From Patescibacteria group bacterium (GTDB lineage: Bacteria; Patescibacteriota; Minisyncoccia; Phycocordibacterales; JACOZG01): a DNA stretch of 64,000 bases. Every line of letters starts with the position of its first letter. The first letter of the stretch is position 1. The notes under the pieces were generated by a model. That model did not search any database, was not told where the DNA came from, and was given only the letters and a program-made list of their open reading frames with translations. Below are positions 46,753 to 56,275 of the stretch, one piece after another. Location: assembly GCA_038065495.1 (NCBI GenBank), contig JBBTQW010000002.1:261373-325372 (forward strand), read 5' to 3'. The translations under genes were made by a program, and so were the position numbers.

Positions 46753-47887
46753 ATTTATTAAAAAATTTCTGCTCACTTGCTTCTAGCGCTTCGATCCCCG
46801 GCAAAGTGCCAGTCGCCAAGAAGTCCAACATCGCGCCACCGCCGGTGGAGACAAAGCCGAACTTATCAAACAAGTTTAATTTCTCAAGCGCGGCAATCGT
46901 ATCGCCGCCGCCCACCACACTGTGCGCGCCACTCGCGGCCAGCACTTGCGCCAGGTCATGCGTGGGCGACACAAAGCCTTGCTCGTAATTACCCAGCGGG
47001 CCGTTCCAGAGCACCGTCTTAGCCTCACTAATCAACTCACTCAACTGACCCAGCGCCGCTGGACCGGCATCGACAATAATCCCGTCTCTCGGCACTTGAT
47101 CTGGTGTTGTGCTACCAACCTCATCTCCCCTTTTTACTAAAACTTCGCTTGGCAAAACAATTTTTGGATCAGTTGCTAGGCTTTCCAGATCTTTGAGACT
47201 GTCATCGCAAAGTGATTGCCCAATTTCGTAACCCAAAAGTTTAAAAATTGGGTGCGCCAGCGCACCGCCGATAAAAATCTTCTCAGCTAGTGGCAAAAAT
47301 TTCTGCACCAGTGACAACTTAGTGCCAAATTTCGCGCCGGCAATGATCACCACCAGTGGTTGCTCTGGCTTAAATAATTCACTCAACTGTTTTACTTCTT
47401 CCGCAAACTGCAAACCAGCATAACTCGGCAATAATCTGGGCAAAGAAACAATCGAGGCATGCGCGCGGTGTGAGACCGGAAAATCTTCGTTAATATAAAT
47501 ATCGCCAAGCTTGGCCAACTCTTGCGCGAATTCGCTAGAATTATTTTCTTCTCTCGGATCTAAACGCAAATTCTCTAGCAAAACTACTGATCCTTCAGCC
47601 CAGTGCGCAGAATCCGGCACATCGTTTACATTTTTGACAAAAATTACGGGGAAAAACTGTTGTAAATAATCAGCGATTAGCGCCAAACTCGCGCCCGGCT
47701 CGCTCGAGTGGCTCAAGAGTGTCACCCGTGCGCCCGCGTTTAATAATTTTTTTATCGTCGGGATCGCGCGCTTGATCCGAAAGTCATCGCGCACTGTGCC
47801 ATTCTCAATCGGCACATTCAAGTCCACGCGCAAGAGCACACGTTTGCCGACTAATTCTACATCCGTGAGATCAGCGAGCAAGTTCAT
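46751..47887 (-). CDS. pgk: Phosphoglycerate kinase
   Basis: RVDLNVP, LLENLR, HRAHAS, WNGPLG, GGGDT, STGGGA.L. Confidence 0.96.
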   Translation of the reverse strand: MNLLADLTDVELVGKRVLLRVDLNVPIENGTVRDDFRIKRAIPTIKKLLNAGARVTLLSHSSEPGASLALIADYLQQFFPVIFVKNVNDVPDSAHWAEGSVVLLENLRLDPREENNSSEFAQELAKLGDIYINEDFPVSHRAHASIVSLPRLLPSYAGLQFAEEVKQLSELFKPEQPLVVIIAGAKFGTKLSLVQKFLPLAEKIFIGGALAHPIFKLLGYEIGQSLCDDSLKDLESLATDPKIVLPSEVLVKRGDEVGSTTPDQVPRDGIIVDAGPAALGQLSELISEAKTVLWNGPLGNYEQGFVSPTHDLAQVLAASGAHSVVGGGDTIAALEKLNLFDKFGFVSTGGGAMLDFLATGTLPGIEALEASEQKFFNK

Positions 47888-48644
47888 CAGCGATTTTTAG
47901 AATTTGCGTAAAGTGATCGGCTCTTAGAGATGCCCGGCCAACGAGTAAACCGTCAGCCGCGCCTTCACTCAAGAAACTGCCAGCATTTTTGATATCCACC
48001 GAGCCACCATAGAGCACCGGCACAGCCAGCGCGCTAGCATGACCGCACCAGTGGCTCAAGATTTTGCGAATAAAAATCGCGGTTTCCAAGAAACTGTGCG
48101 GCGTGTCACTAGATTTTGCTTGCTCGCCAATCGCCCACACCGGCTCATAGGCAATAACAATCTGCTTAGCAAATTTTTTAGAAACTTTCTCCAGCGCGCT
48201 AGTAATCTGCTCGCGAATAATTTTTAAATACTCACCGTGACTATCCCGCTCTCGTTCGCCCACGCACAAGATCACTCGCAAATCCTGCGCTAGCGCGAGC
48301 TTGAGCTTCTGATTTATAACCGAGTCAGAATCGCCCAAGGCGCGCTTTTCCGAATGTCCGAGCAATAAATACTGCCCGCCTGATTTCCGCACCATCCCGG
48401 GGCCAATCTGGCCCGTCCAAGGGCCTTCTAGAGCCCAGAAAGTGTCTTGCGCGCCCAGCGCCAATCTAGCGCCAAGCTTAGCCCTATTAGCGAGATTTTC
48501 TAAAAAGATCACCGGCGGACAAACTACCGTTTCCACGCGCTTCAAGCCTTGCGCCACGCGCTTCACTTTGCCCCACAACTCCTGCGCCTCGCGCGGCGAG
48601 CTGGGATTAGCTTTCCAGTTTCCGACAATTAGCTTGTTTTTCAT
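47871..48644 (-). CDS. tpiA: Triosephosphate isomerase
   Basis: GNWK, GHSEKR, AYEPVWAIG, YGGSV. Confidence 0.97.
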   Translation of the reverse strand: MKNKLIVGNWKANPSSPREAQELWGKVKRVAQGLKRVETVVCPPVIFLENLANRAKLGARLALGAQDTFWALEGPWTGQIGPGMVRKSGGQYLLLGHSEKRALGDSDSVINQKLKLALAQDLRVILCVGERERDSHGEYLKIIREQITSALEKVSKKFAKQIVIAYEPVWAIGEQAKSSDTPHSFLETAIFIRKILSHWCGHASALAVPVLYGGSVDIKNAGSFLSEGAADGLLVGRASLRADHFTQILKIADELAR

Positions 48645-48689
48645 TCTGTTAATTTAACCAGAATTATAGCAGATTTAGAATTTTAAGAT

Positions 48690-48730
48690 AAAAAAATGAC
48701 CCTTAGTCTGCCGGAGCAAACCAAGGGTCA
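48690..48730 (-). terminator. Long hairpin/terminator downstream of the putative DGR target
   Basis: Minus strand tgacccttggtttgc-TCCG-gcagactaagggtca followed by T7. Confidence 0.8.
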
Positions 48731-48751
48731 AAGTGATTGAGCGCTAGAGCG

Positions 48752-49192
48752 TCATTTGGGTTTAGAGCCAGAGCGCTTGAACTTGCGGGAGAAGACACGG
48801 CCCCCGGCAGCCCATGAGCACGGATCCTCGACGGAGTCGGTACGAACGCCCCAACCGTCGTCGAACTGATAAACGCCCAAGGCACGGAGCACGCCATCTT
48901 TGTCCTCAACGTAGAAAATGTTGGCAGCACCGTTGCGAACCAGCTTCTTGTTGTAGCGAATATTGTAGAGCACTACTCCAAGAGTTGTCGGCTCTGGCTG
49001 ACAGTGCTTGGCGATTGCCTGATCATTCATCGGCTGTCCCAGCTCGCGCGAGTGGAGCAGAATTTTCTCCTCGACCACCTCCATTGAGCCGAAATACTCG
49101 AGAAAGTCGCGGCTAACTCTAGTAATCGGATTTGGGTCGGGAGCAAAAACCTCTCGCGCCAAACCAAGCGACCCCTGTGATTTCTTAGCCAT
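48752..49192 (-). CDS. Orphan protein (146 aa), putative DGR target with C-terminal variable region
   Basis: ATG 49192 after SD GAAAGGGG; promoter TTGACA-17-TAGGGT (49252..49280); 3' segment strongly adenine-depleted. Confidence 0.7.
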   Translation of the reverse strand: MAKKSQGSLGLAREVFAPDPNPITRVSRDFLEYFGSMEVVEEKILLHSRELGQPMNDQAIAKHCQPEPTTLGVVLYNIRYNKKLVRNGAANIFYVEDKDGVLRALGVYQFDDGWGVRTDSVEDPCSWAAGGRVFSRKFKRSGSKPK

Positions 49193-49284
49193 TTTCTGGC
49201 CCCTTTCTATATATTTTATATTTTGAAGACCTTGTTTCGAACGCAACCCACACCCTAGTAAGAAAAACAGAAACTGTCAAGCCC

Positions 49285-50742
49285 TCACAACTCGCGCCAA
49301 GAGATTGTCTGATACTGATCGGAAGTAAGGGGAAAAGAGGGTGGCGGGCCGTAGAGTAGATTGGCATCGTAGATGATTGTGCGCGTGGCGTAGCCGGTGC
49401 CGTCGGTGTAGGCAAAGCCGTAACGCTGATTGGTAGCGATCATGCCCACCAAGCGGAGCGAAGTGCGCGAATTATTCGTACAAGATGAGCCGTAATAATA
49501 ACGGCCAACAAAGCCGTTCTTGGCCACCAGCGCGGCGTCGAGCTCTAGATCATCAGCACTATTCTTGCCGACCAAGATATTATTCTGCGCGATAAGTGAT
49601 AGGACGTCCGTGCCATTGTAATTGGTGTAACTCAAATCGTTATTTACTATGATGTTCGTATTAGTTGAGGAATTCTCGGGGAATTTGCCGGAGGCGATCG
49701 TTAAACGCGCGCTGTTAATCGTGCCCTCCACCCACACATGATCTTCGAGAAAGATTAAACCATTAGCGGGGAAAGCGTAATTCTGGAGGAAGGTGCGCGT
49801 ACTGATACTCCACGTGCCCCAGCCGGTCTGGTTCTGGCTGTTACTGCAACCGGAGCCGGCGCTGGAAAGTGTGTTCACCCTGTATAAGTCAAAAGTGTCA
49901 TTAGTTTTGAGAATAACTTGATAACCTTGCGCGCCGGAGGAGGCGAAGTAGCGACCGCTAGTCTGCGCTTGCGTCTTGATATTCGAGAGATCAGCGGTAA
50001 AGCCATTGAAGTCGACAGCCGGGACGGGAAACTGCCGACCAGCCTCGAAGATGTCGGCGCGGTTGGGCACCGCGCTTGGCGGCGCTTCTAAGGCCCGGAA
50101 AGTGTCAGTAATACCGCTACCGGGTGGTGCATTCACGTGAGTGTGCACGCCAAATTCGACAGCACCACTGTGGTCAGGATCATCGTAGCTCGCTACCGCG
50201 CTAGTGACAATATTGTGGACGAGACCGTCGAAGCGGATACCGGCATTGGAGTGGATGGGTCCGAAAACTTCCGTTCCGGCGCCAAAGCGCATATTGGAAT
50301 TAGCAACGAAAGCGTACTTGGCCAGCGAGGGAATGGCGAACTTGGCCTCGATCTTTCTGCTCAAACTGGCGTCACTAGCTACTTTGCCTTCGGAAACAAC
50401 CGTAACAATCGTTGAACCCACGATGGGTGGCGTGATGGTGAGTGTGTAAGTGCCGAGAACCGTGCCGTTCTTATCGGTATAATTATGGACATAGGGGCCC
50501 GCCGCGCCGGTGCCGTCCTGATAATCCTGGGCCGCATGCGCCAAGTGCCAGCGATAATACTCAATCCCCGCCTCCGCGATCTGGAAGGCTTGCTCGCGCG
50601 CCGTAGTCTGCCGGGCTGCGCGATAATTGCTCGCGCCCCAAGAGATCAAGCCGCCGAGAATAACTACACCAACAGAGCCAAAGACGAGCGCTTGAATCAA
50701 GAGGTAGCCAGACTTTTTATTTTTTTTATTTTTTATTTTCAC
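49285..50742 (-). CDS. PilX/PilK-like minor pilin with large C-terminal domain
   Basis: Basic leader, then G|YLLIQALVFG hydrophobic helix, 'AFQIAEAGIEY'. Confidence 0.8.
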   Translation of the reverse strand: MKIKNKKNKKSGYLLIQALVFGSVGVVILGGLISWGASNYRAARQTTAREQAFQIAEAGIEYYRWHLAHAAQDYQDGTGAAGPYVHNYTDKNGTVLGTYTLTITPPIVGSTIVTVVSEGKVASDASLSRKIEAKFAIPSLAKYAFVANSNMRFGAGTEVFGPIHSNAGIRFDGLVHNIVTSAVASYDDPDHSGAVEFGVHTHVNAPPGSGITDTFRALEAPPSAVPNRADIFEAGRQFPVPAVDFNGFTADLSNIKTQAQTSGRYFASSGAQGYQVILKTNDTFDLYRVNTLSSAGSGCSNSQNQTGWGTWSISTRTFLQNYAFPANGLIFLEDHVWVEGTINSARLTIASGKFPENSSTNTNIIVNNDLSYTNYNGTDVLSLIAQNNILVGKNSADDLELDAALVAKNGFVGRYYYGSSCTNNSRTSLRLVGMIATNQRYGFAYTDGTGYATRTIIYDANLLYGPPPSFPLTSDQYQTISWREL

Positions 50743-50759
50743 AGTTTTTTTAAATTATC

Positions 50760-51383
50760 TCACAGATTATCTTTGAGACTTCTGATTGCCACCTGACTCT
50801 CATAAGTCGTGGTCACTGGCGCACGGTTGGGATCAGCTTCGATACTAAACTGAACTTTGACTAATCTGACATTTGGTAAATTAATTGGTAGCGTGAGTGC
50901 CGTGCTCGTGCCAGCATAATTCTTATCGAAATAAGTGAAAATTATGCTATTACTGTTTACCAAGTTTGGCACGAAGTTGCTGACCTGCTCGTTCGCGTCT
51001 AGATAAGTCAGCGGACTGCCAGTTGGTTTGATAATTCCTCGCCGCAAAATATTACCACTCAAGAAATAGCGCAAACGCTCGTGCAGGCCATCGCCATCAA
51101 TGTCGCTGTAAAAAGTTAATTTATCTTTATCAGCGAGTGCAATCGCAAAGGCGCCAGTGTCGGAAGGCGCAGCTTGCCTCAACTCGGCCACCAATCTCTT
51201 CAGAGCAATTCTGGCATCTTGTTCGGCTTGGATAGAGTTAGTGAGAAAACTATTCTGCCGCCAAATATCAACTTGGAAAGTCGCCAGCACCACGCTGATC
51301 AAGCCCAGAATCGCCACCACAATCAGAATCTCAACCAAACTAAAACCTTTTTGCTTATTTTTTAATAAAAATATTTTAGACAT
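50760..51383 (-). CDS. Type IV minor pilin (PilW/GspJ-like)
   Basis: Prepilin motif KG|FSLVEILIVVAIL. Confidence 0.9.
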   Translation of the reverse strand: MSKIFLLKNKQKGFSLVEILIVVAILGLISVVLATFQVDIWRQNSFLTNSIQAEQDARIALKRLVAELRQAAPSDTGAFAIALADKDKLTFYSDIDGDGLHERLRYFLSGNILRRGIIKPTGSPLTYLDANEQVSNFVPNLVNSNSIIFTYFDKNYAGTSTALTLPINLPNVRLVKVQFSIEADPNRAPVTTTYESQVAIRSLKDNL

Positions 51384-51384
51384 A

Positions 51385-53208
51385 TTATGGCGACATTAGA
51401 ACTTCGAAAGTTTGCCATGGCTGTGTGGCAGAAACAGAATTATTTTGGTAATTCTGATAACCGGTCGCCGTCACGTTGAGATTATAATCACTCGCGCTGG
51501 TGAGATTATTAAAGAAAACTTGTCCGGACGGTAGGCAACCCGAGCCGTAGACCAAGCTAACATCAGACAAGACGGGCGTGAAATTCGGATCAATCGTGGA
51601 GAAATAGGCGCGATAACGGATAAACTCGTCGCTATTGTGAATCGCATTGATTGGATCGCCAGAGACAGTGTAGAACGTGTTGCTCGTTCCATCCGGGCCG
51701 AGATAATTCCACGTGCTGGTGGCATTATCATTGCCCGTCGCGATTTGGAATCGGAGAGTTGTGGAAGCGCTCTGGGAGGCCGGTGTCCAGTTGATATTAT
51801 AGAACGCGCTGGCCGTGCTAGAGCCGGTGTCGAAAATTGAGGAAGTAAGCACACCGCTGGCCGAATAATTGCCGAAAACGGAGCGCAACTGCGCCTGACC
51901 GAGCACGCCAGCCGTGTCCACATTGCCGTCATCACTGAAGTATTGATTAGCGCTCACAAAGTCCACTTGCCCCGCGCCGCCCGACCAATCTGTCTGGCGG
52001 AAGAAGCCACGATTGGTCACGAGATTCTGACTAAAGCCGCCCCGCGAGAGCGTGACGCTAGCGTCGTCGATGGGCAAGAGACTGGCGGCATCTTTCACCG
52101 TCACCAGCAAGGCATTGGGATTGGCTGGCGCAGTAACCAGCAAGACATTCTGATCCGTATTGGGCGCAAGTGAGAAAGGCAAGAGTGGCACCGAACCAGC
52201 GAGATCCGTGCCGGCGTCACTCACACTCAAGCTGTAAGTGTCCCATTCTAGATTAGCGATAGTTTTGTGCCCAGCGCCATCCAGCGTGTGATTCTGATTA
52301 TATTTCAAAACATTGGGACTCGTGCCAAGTAATTTATTCCCCTGTAGATTAAAGCCGGCACTCGGCGTGCTCACGCAAGCACTATTGATACCAGAGAAAT
52401 TGATCTGACTGGTGCGATCAATCGAGAGCGTCACTTGTGTAACCTGACCAACAGAAACGGTGGAGTGCGGATTGACCGGATTGGGATTGCCCACCGCGCC
52501 GGCTGGATAAGTTCTATCTGTGGAATAACCGCTTTTGCTAACCGTGATCTCGTAAGCAAAGTTCCCGGGTGGCACATCAACTAGTTGGAGCATGCCGGCA
52601 TTGTTCGTCACATCATCAATACTAATCGCCGGATTAACTAAGTTGTTCGCAATGTGCACGTTTGCATTAGCCACTGGCTGACCATTGGCGTCTAGCACAC
52701 GCACAAAGAGCGCGCCGTTGCCACTGGAAGTTTCTAAACTCTTCGGTGCTACCGTAGCGACAAAAGCGAGCGGTTGCGCTAGTTTGCAGGCTGAACAATT
52801 CATGTCCAATTGCACGAGCTTATAATCCGCTGGACTCAAATCGTTTGGCGCACCGCCGATGGTGCCGTCGAAAATGTCGTCCACGTTACGCACAGTCGTG
52901 GTGGAAGTGAAAGTGATGCCAGCGTCCGTGACGTTCTGCACGCTCTGGATCAAGCCGTTCGGGATGCCGCCCACCTCGCCCACTTGGGCATAAGGCATAT
53001 TGCGGATAATCTCTAATTGTTGATTGGCCAGTAGAGTGGCCGCTGTCCGAGCACGCGACGCTTTGACCAGATCAGTAACCGCAAAGAAGCCCTGATAAAT
53101 CGCCAGCGCGATGACAGAAAATACAAACACGCCAACAAGTGTCTCTACCAACGTAAAGCCAGTTTTTCTATTTTTTAAATTATTTTTTTCTAAAAATTTA
53201 TTTGGCAT
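51385..53208 (-). CDS. Large prepilin-motif protein with carboxypeptidase-regulatory-like beta-sandwich domains
   Basis: TG|FTLVETLV and 'VRVLDANGQPVANANV...YEITVSKSGY'. Confidence 0.85.
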   Translation of the reverse strand: MPNKFLEKNNLKNRKTGFTLVETLVGVFVFSVIALAIYQGFFAVTDLVKASRARTAATLLANQQLEIIRNMPYAQVGEVGGIPNGLIQSVQNVTDAGITFTSTTTVRNVDDIFDGTIGGAPNDLSPADYKLVQLDMNCSACKLAQPLAFVATVAPKSLETSSGNGALFVRVLDANGQPVANANVHIANNLVNPAISIDDVTNNAGMLQLVDVPPGNFAYEITVSKSGYSTDRTYPAGAVGNPNPVNPHSTVSVGQVTQVTLSIDRTSQINFSGINSACVSTPSAGFNLQGNKLLGTSPNVLKYNQNHTLDGAGHKTIANLEWDTYSLSVSDAGTDLAGSVPLLPFSLAPNTDQNVLLVTAPANPNALLVTVKDAASLLPIDDASVTLSRGGFSQNLVTNRGFFRQTDWSGGAGQVDFVSANQYFSDDGNVDTAGVLGQAQLRSVFGNYSASGVLTSSIFDTGSSTASAFYNINWTPASQSASTTLRFQIATGNDNATSTWNYLGPDGTSNTFYTVSGDPINAIHNSDEFIRYRAYFSTIDPNFTPVLSDVSLVYGSGCLPSGQVFFNNLTSASDYNLNVTATGYQNYQNNSVSATQPWQTFEVLMSP

Positions 53209-53209
53209 C

Positions 53210-54439
53210 TTAAATAGTTTCGCTTAGCGAGTACATTGGTCCGAGCATGGAGATGGCGAAGAAGCCGACAAAAATACCAATCACCACCATTAGCGCTGGT
53301 TCGATAATCGTGGAGAGATTCTTAGTCGCTTGTTCCACTTCGTCTTCAAAGAACGTGGCGCCTTTCAAGAGCATTGCTGGCAAATTACCAGTTTCTTCGC
53401 CCACTTCGGCCATCTCGCCAACCAGAATAGGGAAAATATCTTCGTGACTTTTGAACACCGCTGATAATGTCCCGCCTTTCTCGACCACCACAGCCGCTTC
53501 TAGTAAAACGCTCTGATAAAACGGGTTTTGCAAAACTTTGCCAGTGATCGCCAGCGCCTCTAGCATGCTAACGCCAGATGAGATGAGTGAAGAAATCGTG
53601 CGCATCGTAACGGCCGCGTTTAGATTTTTCACGATCGTGCCGATCGCCGGTGTATGTAGCCAGATTCTGGTCAGGGATTTGTGGCCAGATTTGGTCCTGG
53701 CTAATTTGAGAAAAATCACGATAATCGCGGCTAAACTAAGCAAAAAAGAGATGGTGTAGTTAGACAAAAAATCACTAACACCAATCACGATTCTCGTTGA
53801 GAGCGGCAAATCAACGTTGAGATCACGAAACAGCGCCGTGAGTTGCGGCACGAGAAAGATCATCATCAAGATCGCAATCGCGATAATCACCACCACAATA
53901 ATCGCCGGGTAGAGCATGGCGCCTTTTACTTTGCGCTGGAGATCATAGCTCTTGGCTAACTGTTGATGTACTACTTCGAGCGCTTGCGTGAGATTCCCCG
54001 ATTCCTCGCCCGCGCCAACCATAGCGATAAAAACGGGTGGGAAAACATCGGGGAAACTAGCGAGCGAGGCCGAGAATGGCTCGCCAGAATTTACTTTTGC
54101 GCTAAGTTGCGCGATCACGCTCTTGAACTTCTCATTAGCCACTTGCCGCTCCAGAATCGCCAGAGCGCGAGAGAGTGATAAGCCCGCGCCGATCATGGCC
54201 GAGAGCGAGGAAGCGAAAACAATCTTGTCTTTAATCTTGATCCGACCAAAGGGACTGGCAAAGTGGAAGCGATGCTTCTTGCCCAGCTCGGCGACTAGTC
54301 TGGCTTGAGTGACTGTCAAACCTTCCGCATGCAGTTCGCGCGCCAGCGCGTAACGATCCGGCGCCTCACGCTCGCCGCTCATTGTGGTGCCATCAGATCG
54401 AGAAGCTTTGAAAGAATATTTCATGAAAGAATTACTCAC
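53210..54439 (-). CDS. pilC: Type IV pilus platform protein PilC/GspF
   Basis: AGEESGNL, AMLYP, GEETGNL, IIEP. Confidence 0.92.
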   Translation of the reverse strand: MSNSFMKYSFKASRSDGTTMSGEREAPDRYALARELHAEGLTVTQARLVAELGKKHRFHFASPFGRIKIKDKIVFASSLSAMIGAGLSLSRALAILERQVANEKFKSVIAQLSAKVNSGEPFSASLASFPDVFPPVFIAMVGAGEESGNLTQALEVVHQQLAKSYDLQRKVKGAMLYPAIIVVVIIAIAILMMIFLVPQLTALFRDLNVDLPLSTRIVIGVSDFLSNYTISFLLSLAAIIVIFLKLARTKSGHKSLTRIWLHTPAIGTIVKNLNAAVTMRTISSLISSGVSMLEALAITGKVLQNPFYQSVLLEAAVVVEKGGTLSAVFKSHEDIFPILVGEMAEVGEETGNLPAMLLKGATFFEDEVEQATKNLSTIIEPALMVVIGIFVGFFAISMLGPMYSLSETI

Positions 54440-56189
54440 TCACCACGCGCAACACTTCCTCAATGCTCGTCACGCCTTGTGCGGCTTGAAAAATGCCATC
54501 TTCCAACATCGTGAGCATTCCCTCTTTCTTGGCTTGTTCCTCAATTTGCGAAGTGGTGGCACTTTTCATTACTAGATCTTTAATCGTTGCTGACATTTTG
54601 AGAACTTCGTGGATGCCCACTCGACCACGATAAGAGTCCTCACTATTTGCTCCAGCTTTTGGTTTATAAAAAGAAATATTTTCCCACTTCGCGGCTGGCG
54701 CTACTACTTTTTCTGTTTTCAAGATTTCCAACACTCGCTCCAAATCCACTTTCTCACCCAACTTTTTCAATTCTGCACTAGATAATAAATATTTTTCTTT
54801 CGCGCCTTCTAATCTCCGCACCAATCTCTGCGCGATGATCACATTAATAGTAGAAACGAGCAAGAACGGCTCCGCGCCCATGTCCAAGAATCTTGGGATC
54901 GCACCAGCGGCGGAATTTGTGTGCAGAGTGGAAAGAACCAAGTGACCAGTCAGCGCCGCATTAATCGCCAAGCCAGCTGTTTCTTTATCTCGAATCTCGC
55001 CGACCATAATAATATCCGGATCTTGGCGCACAAGCGCTCTTAAGCCATTACCAAAAGTGAGACCAATCTCGGGCTTCACTTGCGTCTGGTTCACGCGCGG
55101 CATCTGATACTCAATCGGATCTTCGATGGTTGAGATGTTTACATCCGGCTGATTCAAGATTTCCAGAACAGTATACAAAGTAGTAGATTTACCCGAACCA
55201 GTCGGGCCAGTCACCAAGATCATGCCAGTTGCCTGTTGCGTGGCCGCTTGCACGCGCTCCAAACCCTCGCCGTGGAACCCGCCTTGCTCTAGCGATAAAC
55301 CACGCGCCGTGTCGGGCAATAAGCGCATCACGATCTTCTCGCCAAAATAGGTTGGTAAAATAGAAACGCGAAACGAGACGCCCTGACCGTCCAGTTCAAT
55401 CTTAAACCGCCCATCTTGCGGCAAGCGCTTTTCGTCTAATCTCAAGTTTGCTAAAACTTTGATCCTCGCCACCAAGGCCGGTCCAGCATTCTTGGGCAAG
55501 ACCATCGCGTCGTGGAGCAAGCCGTCTATCCGATATCTAATAATCACCTCTCTCTCAAAGTTCTCGATATGAATGTCGGAAGCTTGCTGGGTAATCGCAT
55601 GCGAGAGCAATGTATCGACAATGCGCACCACTGGCAAATCTTCGGCCAGCTTCTTGAGCTCACCTTCGCCAATTTCTTTTCCGCCATCAGTGTCGTCCAG
55701 CTTTTTTAGTTTAGCCGCTTCTTGGCCCACTAAGTCACCAAACTCGGCTTTTAAGCTTTTTTGATACTGCAAGAGCGCACTCTTGAGCGAAGCGGCGTCG
55801 GTTAATCTCGGCAAAATCTTGAGACCAGAACCTTTTTTGATAAAATCAATCGCGGTCAAGTCATCCGGGTCGAGCATCGCCACCTCCAGCGAGTCATTAT
55901 CTTTTTTCTTAAAAGCCACAATATTATGCCGCCGTGCAATTGGCTCGGGAATCGTGTACAGCACATCTTTATCTATTTTATCTTTCTTTAAATCCACAAA
56001 CGGAATGCCCAAGATGTAAGCCTTGGCACGACGAAGATCGTCTTCCGTAATCTTGCCGCTGGCGAGCAGTAGTTCTTCGAAACTTTTTTTCTCACTCTCA
56101 ACCTGTTCGGCGATATTCACCAAATCTTTCTTGCTCGCTAAACCAGAGTCGAGTAGAAAAGTTTGTAATTGTTCCGGATCAATCCACAT
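54432..56189 (-). CDS. pilB: Type IV pilus extension ATPase PilB/GspE
   Basis: ASDIHIE, RLPQDGR, GPTGSGKST, TIEDPIEY, RQDPDIIMVGEIRD, TGHLVLSTLHTN. Confidence 0.94.
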   Translation of the reverse strand: MWIDPEQLQTFLLDSGLASKKDLVNIAEQVESEKKSFEELLLASGKITEDDLRRAKAYILGIPFVDLKKDKIDKDVLYTIPEPIARRHNIVAFKKKDNDSLEVAMLDPDDLTAIDFIKKGSGLKILPRLTDAASLKSALLQYQKSLKAEFGDLVGQEAAKLKKLDDTDGGKEIGEGELKKLAEDLPVVRIVDTLLSHAITQQASDIHIENFEREVIIRYRIDGLLHDAMVLPKNAGPALVARIKVLANLRLDEKRLPQDGRFKIELDGQGVSFRVSILPTYFGEKIVMRLLPDTARGLSLEQGGFHGEGLERVQAATQQATGMILVTGPTGSGKSTTLYTVLEILNQPDVNISTIEDPIEYQMPRVNQTQVKPEIGLTFGNGLRALVRQDPDIIMVGEIRDKETAGLAINAALTGHLVLSTLHTNSAAGAIPRFLDMGAEPFLLVSTINVIIAQRLVRRLEGAKEKYLLSSAELKKLGEKVDLERVLEILKTEKVVAPAAKWENISFYKPKAGANSEDSYRGRVGIHEVLKMSATIKDLVMKSATTSQIEEQAKKEGMLTMLEDGIFQAAQGVTSIEEVLRVVSE

Positions 56190-56217
56190 GTTCTATTAAT
56201 TATAGCAAAAACAAAAC

Positions 56218-56255
56218 AAAAATCCCTGTGCTAGAAAATCTAGACAGGGATTTTT
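56218..56255. terminator. Intrinsic terminator
   Basis: Inverted repeat aaaaatccctgt...acagggattttt. Confidence 0.75.
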
Positions 56256-56275
56256 GTGGAAAGAAATAAACTTAT

